A stretch of DNA of 64,000 nucleotides from an uncultured delta proteobacterium. GTDB taxonomy: Bacteria; Myxococcota_A; UBA9160; SMWR01. A program made the position numbers and the translations under genes. This document shows positions 9,967 through 20,749 of the stretch, piece by piece; the first letter of the stretch is position 1; each line of letters starts with the position of its first letter. The stretch spans positions 384,001-448,000 of the forward strand of contig CAWHTE010000011.1 in assembly GCA_963832165.1 (NCBI GenBank), written 5' to 3'. The notes beneath the pieces are model-generated. The model had not been told where the DNA came from, made no database searches, and worked only from the letters and a program-made list of their open reading frames with translations.

Positions 9967-12900
9967 ATGCGTCGCTCTCCCGTCCATGCGATCGCGGTGA
10001 TTGCGCTCCTACTCGGCGCCGCCAATCCGGCGCTCGCGGCGTTTCCGGGGGTGAACGGTCCCATCGCGTACATCCCATGGCACTCGTCCGGAGCAGTCTT
10101 TCTCACCGGAACCGGGCAGTTGGTCGGTGCGACCAACGCCGACACCGACCCCGTGTTCTCCCCGGACGGGTCGCGGGTCGCTTTCGTCGCCAAGGGCAGC
10201 GATGGCCGGAACCACATCTTCGTGATCCGAAAGGACGGCACCCAGCTTCGGGATGTCATCGGCGCCAACGTCTTCGGTACAGGAGCCTTCATTGGCAATC
10301 CGGCCTGGACTCCCGACGGACAGGGAATCTCGTTCGACGTGGCGAGCGCAGACCCGTCGAGCAACGGCATCTGGACGGTTCGCCTGGATGGGGAAGGGGA
10401 GCGGACCCGAACGGTCCCAGTCGGCCAATTTCCGAAGTGGTCGTCCGCGCGGAACGAAATGGTGTACAGCTGTGTCTCGGGCTTTTGCGTCTACAACGCG
10501 AAGACTCGCCAGATACGCCAACTACCGATCCAGTGGCCGGACAGTTCGGCGCCGGGCCGTCCCGAGTGGTCTCCGGATGGCAGTCGGATCGTATTCGCGA
10601 TGAGCTGGGGCGTTCAACCCGACCCCCATAACGAGATCTTCACCATGGGCCCCTACGGTGGTGGGCTCACGCAGATCACGAATGGTGGCCCCGCGACCTG
10701 CACCAGCAATCCGCAGGGGGTCCCCCCGACCAAGTACCCCCCCGTGTTCCATTTCGAGCCGACCTACTCCCCGGACGGTCAGCAGATCCTCTTCGACGGC
10801 CACACAATGGTCCAAGAGCCTTATCCGCACCAGCCCACCAAGACGGACTGTGTGCCCCGCGACGGCGGCATCTGGTCGCTTGGGGGCCTCTTGATCCCGA
10901 ACGCGGGGAGTCCGGACTGGGGACCGGTCCCCGCCAATCTGACGGTCCAGGTCCACGACGGCCACAACGATTACGACGGCCCCGCCAACCCGCTCGTGGG
11001 GCTGAAGGTGGAGGTGTGCACCACGGCCGGGTGTCCGCCGGAGGGCACGGGCACGGTCGTCAACAGCAACCCCTACAAATCCGGCGGGGGCTACGGCTTC
11101 GACGTCGCTGCGGGCGACTACGTCGTGCGCGCGACGCTGATCGATGACCCGTCCGGAGGTGCGACCCCCGCGTTCTCGATCGAGAACGCCGTCGACACAC
11201 CGTCCCAGCTCAAGCCGATCAAAGACCCCGTGTGGATCGAGCGAAACGTCACGGTGCTGGGTGGCACGCCCGTGATCTTCAATTTCCCCTTCGACGATTC
11301 CGGCGCGCTCGCGGCGACCAGCGTCGATTCGAATCCGGAACACCGCAATCGGCTCGACGACATGGCCAACATCTACTTCCGCATGCACCAGTTCGTCGAC
11401 TGGCTGCACGGGAGCTTGACCTCGAACACCGGCCCGATGGTGAGATTCTGGACGTTCGCCGTCACGGACCCGACGGATGGAGGCGACGTCACCTCCAAGG
11501 GGGGAGCGTATTACTGGTCAGCGCACAACGCTGTTGTCATGGACATCCCGTTCTCGGAGTACCAGAGTCGCGATGGCGGTCTCAACATTCTCGGTCCGGA
11601 CCCAGGGCCTGGACACAGCGATGGCTTCGAACATGGACCCTGGGTCGAGTGGCACGAGTTCACACATCACTTCTTCGACAAGTCCGTCATCTCGAGTGAC
11701 TGTCCGGAGGATCTCGCTTGGCACAGCGGATATTCGAACAAAACCACCTGCAGCTCGCTGAACGAGGGATTCGCGACGTTTCTGCCGGCACTGGCGGGGC
11801 AGACGATCTTGGGCACCTCTAACGGCAAATACATGATGTTCGTACACATTGAGCCTCAATGGAAAGCGTGGGATGTCGGGTTCGATAAAGATGAGACCGG
11901 TGCGACCACGACATCTTTTCACGAGGAGCTCGCCGTCGCGGGGATTTTCTGGGATCTCGTGGATGCGAACGCCGATACCGAATCGAATACGCAGGCCATC
12001 AACAATCCCGGCGATCATGTTTCGGTGACCTACACCGACACGACGAGCATGCCGCTGAGCGCGATCTGGATATCGATGATCGTGAATCGACCGGAGACCG
12101 TGCGCGAGCTGTGGGAGGAAGTCCTGAACTTCCAACCGATCAGCGAGGATCTCGACGGCGATGGCGAAGCGGATGTAACGCCGATCGACGAGCTGTTCCT
12201 GATGCATGGTTTCTTTCCGATCGACAACGAACAGAACATCGGGCACAAGCCACGCCACTACGACATGGGCGCCGCCGAGCTCGTGGGTCTTCCCCGCAAC
12301 GGCCTCGTCTCGCGCTCCGATCACTACGTGGCCCACCCGCCGCCCACCAAGACCTTCATCCCCCGGAGCACTACGCCGCTCAACCCGAACGCCAGCGTCG
12401 CCCTCGACGTGCGGGACGCGTCGGGAACACCGTTGGCTGGCGCGACGGTCGAGCTGACGATCCAATACCCGGGTTCCAGGCTGAGCCGATCGAGGGACGC
12501 CTCGGCAACGGCGATGGCGCGCTCGTGCATCTCCAGCTGCCGCCGTACTTCGACTATTTCCCTGACACCGGCGCGCCTCCGCCGTGCGATCCGGAGACCG
12601 ACCGCCGCGTCGAGGTGCAGGTGACGGGGAGCGTGAACGGGTATACGTCGCCGGACTCCGCGACGTTCGACAACTGTGCCTATCAGCAGGCGGTCGCGAA
12701 CGCGACGGAGCCCGGTGTGCTGCCGGTCACGCTGACCTTCCCCGAGGATTCGACACCGCCGGTCACGGCGATCACCGCGACACCCACGGCCGTGACGCTC
12801 GGCGGTGCGGCCACCGACCACTGGACCGTCTCGCTCAAGTGCGACGATCCGGTCGTCGGCGACTTCGCAGGGGGCTGCATTTCGATCGAGTACCGCGTCG

Positions 12901-14380
12901 ACAACGGGCCGCTCACGCCCTATCGCGAGCCGTTTACGGTGACGGGGGAGGGCCAGCATCCACTCGAGTTCCACTCGATCGATGCGGCCGCGAACGCGGA
13001 GAGCTTCCAGCTTCGCGTGCTCGCGATCAACGCGGATCCGGACACGGACGGCGATGGGCTCTCCGACGCGCTCGAAGACGAGCTGAACACGAATCCGCTC
13101 GACTCCGACACCGACGACGACGGCCTGCTCGACAATGAGGAGATCGAGACCGGCACGAACCCGATGTATCCGGACACCGACTTCGACGGCATTCTCGATG
13201 GCGCCGAGGCCGCGTACGGCACGAACCCGCTCGATTGGGATACCGATGACGATGGCCTCGCGGACGGCCCCGAGGTAGCCGCCGGGACCAATCCACTGAC
13301 CCCGACAGCGACGACGACGGCCTGAACGACCGGGCCGAGGAAATTCGCGGGACGAATCCGCTCTCCTTCGACACGGACGGCGACGGTGGAAGCGACGGAG
13401 CGGAGGCCGCCGCCGGCACGAATCCATTCGACGGCGACAGCGACGACGATGGGCTCGCGGATCCCTCGGACAACTGCCCGCTGTTTGTGAACCCCGGCCA
13501 GGAGAATTCGGAGAGCGACGGCCTCGGCGACGTGTGTGATCTCGACGATGACAACGATGGCTTCATGGACGGATATGAATATGCGACTTGGCAGCTCGTG
13601 GGGATCACGAGCGACGAGAGTTCGTCGGGGTGATCACGCCCGAGTCGCTGTTCGCGATCGACCTCGCGAATGCGTCGGCAACCTTCCTGATGGCGCTCGG
13701 CAACGGTGGCGACGGGGACGCGATCGGCTTCAACCCGGTCGACGGTCTGCTCTACCACGCTTCGGGTTGGGCACGCGGCAATCCCGTCTGGGAGAGCATC
13801 GACGTTTCTGCGCGGACGATCGTATCGACCGGACCGTTCGAGCAGTGACTACGATTTCGACCTACCCACCGCGATGACCTTCAACCCGGCAACCGGAAGG
13901 TTCCTGAGCTGCGATGGTTATTCTTCCCTGTTGGATACGACACTCACGGGCGTCGCCACCTCGATCGGTGTGTCTGTTCCGCTCGGGGTGAAGGGTCTCG
14001 CGTTTGCGAACGGCGTGCTCTACGGCGCGAACGGACGCGACGACAGCCTCCACAAGCTGGATCCGACCGGCGCTCCGATCGCGACAGTGGATGTGACGCT
14101 CGCAGGCGAGACCGTGGACATGAACGGCCTCGCGGTCCATCCAGTTACGGGAGAGCTGTGGGGAATCTTCGGCCGGCCCGGTTTTCCGCAGTACCTCGGC
14201 ACCGTCGATCCGGTCACGGGTGCTGCGACCTCGGTGGGTCCCCTCCCGGACGTCTTCGAGGACATCGCCTTCGTCCCAGAGCCGTCGTCGCTGCTCGCGC
14301 TCGGTGCGGGTGCGATCGCGCTCGCGCTGTGCGCGGCGCACCGGCGGCGCAGTGAGCGTTCGCACAGCAACTGGATTTGA
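9967..14380 (+). CDS. Giant secreted PEP-CTERM protein (~1,470 aa when joined; frameshifts near 12470, 13300, 13620, 13845): TolB/PD40 propeller, HExxH metallopeptidase-like region, Ig-like domain, Ca-binding DxDxDG/TSP3 repeats, second propeller, PEP-CTERM
   Basis: Signal peptide (ALA-AFPG); P.FSPDG/P.WSPDG repeats; WHEFTHHF...LNEGFA; DSTPPVT; DTDGDGLSD/GTNPL repeats and DNCP..NPGQ...GDVCD; ends VPEPSSLLALGAGAIALALCAAHRRR. Confidence 0.8.
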
Positions 14381-14389
14381 ATCCAGTTG
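14368..14389. repeat. 22-bp palindrome, left copy
   Basis: CAACTGGATT-TG-AATCCAGTTG; its centre contains the TGA stop of the PEP-CTERM gene. Confidence 0.9.
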
Positions 14390-14456
14390 ACGTGATGTTA
14401 TGCAAGTGTTATTCTGAGCATCGACCTCACCCCATTGGTTCCACTGAGGTCTTGCG

Positions 14457-15548
14457 ATGGCGACTCCGCTCGCTGGGATTTCGAATGCCCAGCTGATCGC
14501 CCGGGTCCGGGAGCTGGTTTCCGGCCTCGACGAAGTCGAGGCTGATCTATTGGATCATCTCGGCGAGGTCGATGCTCGCCGGCTGTACCTCGAAGAGGGC
14601 TGCTCCTCGATGTTTGCCTGGTGTCAACGTGTCCTGCACTTCGCAGAGGGCGTTGCTTACAAGCGAATTCAAGCAGCGCGTGCAGCACGGGAGTTTCCCC
14701 AGATCCTCCAGGCGGTGCGCTGCGGAGATCTGCACCTCACGGCCGTCGGACTGCTCGCTCCCAAGTTGAGTGCGGATAACTGTGACGAGTTGATCGGCGC
14801 CGCACGACATCGCAGCGCAGACGAAATCAAGCGATTCCTCGCGGATCGCGAGCCACGTCTTGCTCCGCCGACATCGGTGCGCCGGATTCCGGAGCCACCG
14901 AAGGTGGTCTCGCCGATCCCCTCGGAGCCAATGTTGGCACCTTCTCCTGCACCAAGTGCGCCTACTCCTCAACGCGCGCGCACCGAGCCGCTCGGAGCCG
15001 AACGATACGGGTGCAGTTCACGGCCGATCACGAGACGCACTCGCAGCTCGAAGAGCTGCGCGCGCTGATGCGGCACCAGGTGCCCGATGGCGACATCGGG
15101 AAGATCCTGGGTAAAGCGATCTCGGTTTTGCTCGCGCAGGTGCGCAAGCAGAAGTTTGCGGAGAGCTCATCTCCGCGCTCGGCGCGGCCGAGCGAGGGGA
15201 CATCGCGACACATTCCCGCCGCTATGCGGCGGGCCGATCTGGGAGCGCGACGGCGGCCGCTGCACGTTCACCTCGCCCGGCGGCGTGCGCTGCGATTCCC
15301 GGGACTTCGTGGAGTTCGATCACATCGAGGCCTGGTCTCGCACGCGAAGCCACTCCGTCGCGGACATCACGCTGCGTTGCCGCGCGCACAACCAACTGCG
15401 CGCCCGACAGGACTTCGGCGAAGCCCACATGGCGCGGTTCGAGCGCCGAACTGGATTTGAATCCAGTTGTCCTCCGCTCGCGGGAGCGAGCGAGGATCTT
15501 GGATGCGGTCCATCCTCGGTGGGCGCGGCGCATCAGCCAGGCTCCTGA
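14457..15548 (+). CDS. HNH endonuclease with DUF222-like N-terminal domain (frameshifts near 15010 and 15232)
   Basis: LLDHLGEVDARRLYLEEGCSSMFAWC...EGVAYKRIQAAR; VQFTAD...LRALMRHQVPDGDI; SRHIPAAMRR/IWERDGGRCTF...RC...EFDHI...LRCRAHN. Confidence 0.85.
15449..15469. repeat. 21-bp palindrome, right copy (identical to 14369-14389)
   Basis: AACTGGATTTGAATCCAGTTG, just after the HNH domain coding sequence. Confidence 0.9.
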
Positions 15549-15617
15549 AGCAGCTCGCCGCCTGATTTTGCGATGCACCAAGCGGTCCTAGCTTGCTCCC
15601 CGAGCCGAAATCTGGTT

Positions 15618-15636
15618 ATCTGACGGTTCGTCAAAA
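15618..15636. promoter_or_regulatory. Candidate repressor operator upstream of the amidohydrolase
   Basis: ATCTGACG-GTT-CGTCAAAA inverted repeat (TGACG-N3-CGTCA) just upstream of the GAGGAG RBS. Confidence 0.45.
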
Positions 15637-15653
15637 ATGATCGAGGAGCCTCC

Positions 15654-16892
15654 GTGACCCCCAGTACCCCCGAGCGGCCCTACATCACGATCACGGGCGA
15701 CACCCACGCGGGCGCCGCGATCGACATGTACCGCGAGTACCTCGACCCGAAGTGGCGCGCGGAGTTCGACGCCTGGCGCGGCCAGTACCGCAACCCGTCG
15801 AAGAAGCTGCTCGGCACCAAGAAGACCAAGAACTGGGACTCGGCCGAGCGCCGCGCCGACCTCGAGAGCGACGCCGTGGTGGCCGAGGTGATCTTTCCCA
15901 ACACGGTTCCGCCGTTCTACGACAAGGCATATCACGTCTCTGCTCTGGCACGGCCTGATCAATACGAGCGCTGGTTGGCTGGTACTCGCGCGCATAACAG
16001 ATGGCTGGCCGACTTCTGTGCCGAGGAACCCCAGCGCAGAGCGGGGATCGGGCTGATCCACCTGAACGACATTGATGACGCAATCGAAGACGTGAAATGG
16101 ATCGCCGAGCACGGACTGCGCGGCGGTGTGCTGCTGCCGCTGCCCGCACTCGACGACGTGCACCTCGAGCAGGTCAGCTCGCCGAGCTACGACCGGCTCT
16201 GGGCCGCGATCCAGGATCACGGGCTCGTGATCAACCAGCACTCGGGGCAGGGCAGCCCGCACTACGGCGCGACCGCGGGCGATCAGATGCTCTGGGTGCT
16301 CGAGATGCCCTTTTTCGTTCAGAGGGGATTCTGTCAGCTCATTCTGTCGGGCGTCTTCGAACGCTTCCCACGGCTGAGGTTCATCCTCACGGAATCCGGC
16401 TGCGCCTGGGCACCAGGCCTGCTCAGAAGGATGGACGGCGTGCACATGGGCATGAAGGCCGGCGCGATGGGCGAGGTCGACATGTCGCAGGGCAAGCCGC
16501 TCGAGGAGCCGCCGAGCTTCTACGCGCGCCGCAACTGCTGGTACGGGGCCAGCTTCCCGTCGCCGGCCGACGTCTCAGGACGCGACTACGTCGGCGTCGA
16601 CCGGATCCTCTGGGGCAACGACTACCCGCACTACGAGGGCTGCTACCCGTACTCGCGCGAGAACATGCGACTCGCCTACGCCGATATCGACGAGAAGGAA
16701 GTGCGCATGATGCTCGGCGAGAACGCAGCAAACCTCTACGGGTTTGATCTCGAGGTGCTGCGCCCGATCGCGGAGAAGGTCTGCGTCACGCCCGACTTCG
16801 TGCGCCAGCCGCTCGACGAGATTCCCGCCGACTCGATGTGCCCGACGTTCCAGCGCGCGCGATACGAGCGCGCGATGGCGGCGCGCGCTTAG
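15654..16892 (+). CDS. Amidohydrolase family protein (Amidohydro_2)
   Basis: DTHAG, EVIFPN, AHNRWLADFC, LSGVFERFPRL...TESG..W, WGNDYPHYEG. Confidence 0.92.
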   Translation: MTPSTPERPYITITGDTHAGAAIDMYREYLDPKWRAEFDAWRGQYRNPSKKLLGTKKTKNWDSAERRADLESDAVVAEVIFPNTVPPFYDKAYHVSALARPDQYERWLAGTRAHNRWLADFCAEEPQRRAGIGLIHLNDIDDAIEDVKWIAEHGLRGGVLLPLPALDDVHLEQVSSPSYDRLWAAIQDHGLVINQHSGQGSPHYGATAGDQMLWVLEMPFFVQRGFCQLILSGVFERFPRLRFILTESGCAWAPGLLRRMDGVHMGMKAGAMGEVDMSQGKPLEEPPSFYARRNCWYGASFPSPADVSGRDYVGVDRILWGNDYPHYEGCYPYSRENMRLAYADIDEKEVRMMLGENAANLYGFDLEVLRPIAEKVCVTPDFVRQPLDEIPADSMCPTFQRARYERAMAARA

Positions 16893-17579
16893 CGGCGGGA
16901 TCCGCCTTCGGCTCCTCCCGCCCTACATTTCGAGAGCGCTTTCGCCGCGTAGGCGCCCATCGCCTCGGCCTCGCGGCGCACCGCGGGCCGCGCGCGCGTG
17001 CGCGCGAGCCAGTCGCGCACGTTCGCGTGCGCGTCGGCGGGCGGAGCGCCGAGCGTCGCGGCCGCGTTCACCATGATGAACGTGCCGATGTCGGCGACGC
17101 TGAACGCGCCGCACAGGTACTCGCGGCCGGCGAGCTCCTTGTCGAGCGCGTCGTAGCGCTGCGCGAGCGCTTCGCGCGCCGATTCGACGCGCGCGCGGAT
17201 CGCCCGTACCGCTCGCCGCGGCGTAGAAGACGCCCTCGATCAGATCCCAGATCGCGGGGAACCAGATCTCGTCGGCCGCGGCTTCGAGCTCGCGGCAGCG
17301 CGCGCGCGCGATCGCGTCGCGCGGGTAGAGCGGGGGCTCGGGATAGCGATCCTCGAGGTACTCGAAGATGACGGTCGAGTCGTAGACCACGACGTCGCCG
17401 TCGACGAGCACGGGGACCTGGCGCTTCGGATTCAGCGCGACGACATCGGGGTGATGCGGCTCGTAGCGGTCCTTGAGGCTCCAGCCCACCTCGATGCGCT
17501 CGTACCCGAGTGCCTTCTCGTCGAGCGCGATCCGCACCTTGGCCGTGAACAGGCTGAGCGGTCCCGAGTAGAGCTTCAT
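16889..17579 (-). CDS. Glutathione S-transferase family protein (frameshift near 17190-17200)
   Basis: MKLYSGPLSLFTAKVRIALDEK...LNPKRQVPVLVDGD...DSTVIFEYLEDRYP; C-terminal FSVADI...WLARTRARPAV in another frame. Confidence 0.88.
16894..16926 (-). repeat. GTAG-type REP, identical 33-mer to 3159-3191
   Basis: GGCGGGATCCGCCTTCGGCTCCTCCCGCCCTAC at the convergent gene junction. Confidence 0.85.
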
Positions 17580-17690
17580 GACTCCCTCCGATGGCGCGAT
17601 GCCGCCAGATTCGTCGGACGTGCGGTTCCTGAAAAGGGCCACGATCGGATAGATTCCTGGGGCCAATTTCGGAGGGCTGGATCCGCTCGC

Positions 17691-19163
17691 ATGTGGCTCG
17701 CGCTCGACGGCGACGGACCGCTCTACCGCCAGGCCTACCGCGGGCTGCGCGCGGCGATCCTCGAAGGCCGCCTCGCCCCGGGCGAGCGGCTGCCCTCGAG
17801 CCGCGTGCTCGCGCGCGAGGCGAAGCTCGCGCGCAACACCGTGCTGCAGGCCTACGAGCAGCTCGTGGCCGAGGGCTATGCGGAGTCGCGCCGCGGCGCG
17901 GGCACGTACGTCGCGGCGGAGCTGCCCGACAATCCTTCGCGCAGCGCGCCCAGTCGCGCGCGCACGGCCGCAGACGCCGCGGCGCCCGCGCTCTCCGCGT
18001 ACGGCGAACGCGCCGTGCGCTTTTTCGCGCGCGGCATCACCTGGGGCCGGCGTCGCCCCGCGCCGCGTTACGACTTCCGCTACGGCGATCCCGCCTACGA
18101 CGACTTCCCGCACGCCACGTGGTGCCGGCTGCTCGCGCGCCGCGCGCGCCGCGCGAGCGAGCGACATCTCTCGTACGGCGATCCCGGCGGCGCACCCGAG
18201 CTGCGCGAGGCGCTCGCGGCCTATCTCACGCGCGCACGCGGCGTGGTGTGCGAGCCCGACGACGTGCTCGTCGTCTACGGCACGCAGCAGGCGATCGATC
18301 TCACCGCGCGCGTGCTGATCGATCCCGGTGCGCGCGCGATCGTCGAGGAGCCGGGCTATCCCGGGATCCGCCACGCGCTCGAGATCGCGGGTGCCGAGGT
18401 GACGTCCCTCTCCGTCGACGCAGAAGGTCTGCTCGTGGACGAGCTCGCGCGCGTGCGCGCGCGCCTGCTCTGCGTGACGCCCTCGCACCAGTTTCCGACC
18501 GGCGGCGTGCTGCCGCTCGCGCGCCGGCTCGCGTTGCTCGCGTGGGCCGAGCGCGTGGGCGCGTTCGTGCTCGAAGACGACTACGACGGCGAGTTCCGCT
18601 ACGACGGCCGCCCGCTCGAGTCGCTCCAGGCGCTCGACCGCAGCGGGCGCGTGCTCTACGCGGGCACGGTCTCGAAGGTGATGTTCCCCGCGCTGCGGAT
18701 CGGCTACCTCGTGATGCCGCATTCGCTGCGCGAGGCGCTGCTCGCCGCGAAGGCGTTCGCGGACACGGGCACTCCGCAGCTCGAGCAGCGCGTGCTCGCC
18801 GACTTCATCGCGCAGGGCTTCTTCGAGCGCCATCTGCGACGCGCGCGCGTGCGCAACGGTGCGCGGCGCAAGGCGCTGCTCGCGGCGCTCGCGCGCGAGC
18901 TCGGCGATGCAGTGGAGGTGGTCGGCGCGAACGCGGGCCTGCACGTGGTGGCCTGGCTGCGCGGCGTCCTGCCGGGCGAGCTGCGCGAGCTGCGCGCGCT
19001 CGCGCTGCGGCGCGACGTCGGCATCCACCCGATCTCGCCGTTCTACGCCACGCGCCCGCGCCGGGCCGGGATCCTGCTCGGCTACGCGGCGCTCGACGAG
19101 GCCGCGATCGCGGAGGGCGTGCGCCGGCTGGGACTGGCGCTGCGCGAGCTGCGCCGCCGCTGA
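17691..19163 (+). CDS. MocR/GabR-family regulator (GntR HTH + PLP aminotransferase domain)
   Basis: LPSSRVLA...ARNTVLQAYEQLVAEGY; VTPSHQFPTG, EDDYDGEFRY, GTVSKVMFPALRIGY. Confidence 0.93.
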   Translation: MWLALDGDGPLYRQAYRGLRAAILEGRLAPGERLPSSRVLAREAKLARNTVLQAYEQLVAEGYAESRRGAGTYVAAELPDNPSRSAPSRARTAADAAAPALSAYGERAVRFFARGITWGRRRPAPRYDFRYGDPAYDDFPHATWCRLLARRARRASERHLSYGDPGGAPELREALAAYLTRARGVVCEPDDVLVVYGTQQAIDLTARVLIDPGARAIVEEPGYPGIRHALEIAGAEVTSLSVDAEGLLVDELARVRARLLCVTPSHQFPTGGVLPLARRLALLAWAERVGAFVLEDDYDGEFRYDGRPLESLQALDRSGRVLYAGTVSKVMFPALRIGYLVMPHSLREALLAAKAFADTGTPQLEQRVLADFIAQGFFERHLRRARVRNGARRKALLAALARELGDAVEVVGANAGLHVVAWLRGVLPGELRELRALALRRDVGIHPISPFYATRPRRAGILLGYAALDEAAIAEGVRRLGLALRELRRR

Positions 19164-19287
19164 CCCCCTCGGGGGGTTCCCGGCGCCGACGTATCAAGAT
19201 TTCTGGGGCATTTCGACACTTCAGCTCCGCGCTTGCCACTCAGTTACGAAGTTCCTGGGGAGGGTTCGCTGGAAGGAAGCGGACCCA

Positions 19288-19926
19288 ATGCTCTCGCAGT
19301 GCAGATCTGTTGTTGCCGCGGCATTTGCAAGCCTTCTCTTGTTCGTGGGGGGCGGCGCAGGCGCCGCGACGATCGACATCCTCACGACGCCATTCACGGG
19401 CACCGACGCAGCGGTGCGCATCACGCTCACGGAGCAGGGCGACGACATCCTCGTCACCGCCACCGTCGAGCAGGGTATCGGCGACCTGCGCGGGATCTTC
19501 CTCGACTTCGTCGACGACTCGGTTCTCGAGGGGCTCTCCGTGACCGGCGACGACGTCACCGGCTTCGACACGGGCAACGTGATCGACGTCGGGCAGGGCG
19601 CCAACGTGCACGGTGGTGGAACCCCGTGCCCGTGCGACCTCGGCGTCGAGATCGGAACGCCGGGCATCGGCAAGGACGACTTCCTCTCCACCTCGTTCGT
19701 GATCTCGCACGAGACCCTGGGACTCACGCTCGGGTATTTCTCGGAGCAGTCGGTCGCCGTGCGCATGACGAGCGTGGGACCGGACGAGTTCAGCCGCGGT
19801 GGATCGTCCAAGCTGTCCGGACAGTTCCCGGAGAATACGATCCCGATCCCCGAGCCCACGACGGCCCTGCTGTTCGCGCTGGGCCTGGGCTCGCTCGGCT
19901 TCGCGAGGGGGCGTAGGGCGGATTAG
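19288..19926 (+). CDS. PEP-CTERM sorting domain protein
   Basis: Signal peptide, acidic beta-rich body, C-terminal IPEPTTALLFALGLGSLGFARGRR. Confidence 0.88.
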   Translation: MLSQCRSVVAAAFASLLLFVGGGAGAATIDILTTPFTGTDAAVRITLTEQGDDILVTATVEQGIGDLRGIFLDFVDDSVLEGLSVTGDDVTGFDTGNVIDVGQGANVHGGGTPCPCDLGVEIGTPGIGKDDFLSTSFVISHETLGLTLGYFSEQSVAVRMTSVGPDEFSRGGSSKLSGQFPENTIPIPEPTTALLFALGLGSLGFARGRRAD

Positions 19927-19946
19927 CCCGAAGGGCGTAATCCGCC
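19913..19946 (+). repeat. GTAG-type REP
   Basis: GTAGGGCGGATTAGCCCGAAGGGCGTAATCCGCC hairpin between convergent genes. Confidence 0.8.
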
Positions 19947-19965
19947 GCTTCCAAATCCGCCGCGT

Positions 19966-20733
19966 TCAGAGCAGCCGGCCGCCGTCCATCACGAGCGTCT
20001 GACCCGTCACGAACGACGACGCGGCGCTCGCGAGGTAGACGACGGCGCCGGCCATCTCATCGGGCTCGGCGATCCGGTGCAGCGCGGCCGAGTCTTCGGA
20101 CGCCTTGCGGAACTTCGGATCGTCCCAGAGCGCGCGCGCGAACTCGGTCTTCACGAGCCCGGGCGCGATGCAGTTGACGCGGATGCCGTCCTTCCCCCAG
20201 GTCTTCGCCTGTACCTGGGTCAGCATGATCACGGCGGCCTTCGACACCGAGTAGCCGCCGATCACGTCGCTCGCGGCGAAGCCGCCAACCGAGCTCACGT
20301 TGATGATCGAGCCGCCCTGGCCGTGCACGAGCATCGCCTCGCGCGCGAAGTTCGAGAGGAAGTGGATCGACTTCACGTTCGTGGACATGATCGCGTCGAA
20401 CGCGCGCTCGTCGAGCTCCTGCACGGGGCCGTAGACGGGATTGGTTCCGGCGTTGTTGACGAGGATGTCGACGCGGCCGAGCTCCGCGCTCGTCTGGTCG
20501 ACGAGTGCGCGCAGCTCGTCGGTGCGCCGCACGTTGGTCGGCACGGCGATCGCGCGCCGCCCGGTCGCCTGCACCGCCGCGACCGACTCCGCGAGCGCGT
20601 CGGGCTTGCGCGCGGCGATCGCGACGTCGGCGCCGTGTTCAGCGAGCGCGATCGCGATCGAGCGGCCGATGCCACGGCTGCCGCCCGTCACGATCGCGAC
20701 CTTACCCGCGAGCGAGAAATCGGCGATGGGCAT
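19966..20733 (-). CDS. SDR family oxidoreductase
   Basis: TGGSRGIG, NNAGTNP, YSVSK, FVTGQTLVMDGG. Confidence 0.93.
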   Translation of the reverse strand: MPIADFSLAGKVAIVTGGSRGIGRSIAIALAEHGADVAIAARKPDALAESVAAVQATGRRAIAVPTNVRRTDELRALVDQTSAELGRVDILVNNAGTNPVYGPVQELDERAFDAIMSTNVKSIHFLSNFAREAMLVHGQGGSIINVSSVGGFAASDVIGGYSVSKAAVIMLTQVQAKTWGKDGIRVNCIAPGLVKTEFARALWDDPKFRKASEDSAALHRIAEPDEMAGAVVYLASAASSFVTGQTLVMDGGRLL

Positions 20734-20749
20734 GTCGGGGAACCTCCGG

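Larger units (their letters stand above)
14368..15469 (+). mobile_element. Putative palindrome-bounded HNH selfish/mobile element
   Basis: A single nuclease gene between two identical palindromes about 1.08 kb apart, with visibly more A/T-rich codon usage than the flanking genes. Mobility is inferred. Confidence 0.45.

Noticed and set aside
13030..13570. Repetitive GAC-rich DNA as a nucleotide-level repeat array
   Set aside because: Explained by protein-level DxDxDG/TSP3 calcium-binding repeats with degenerate codons.
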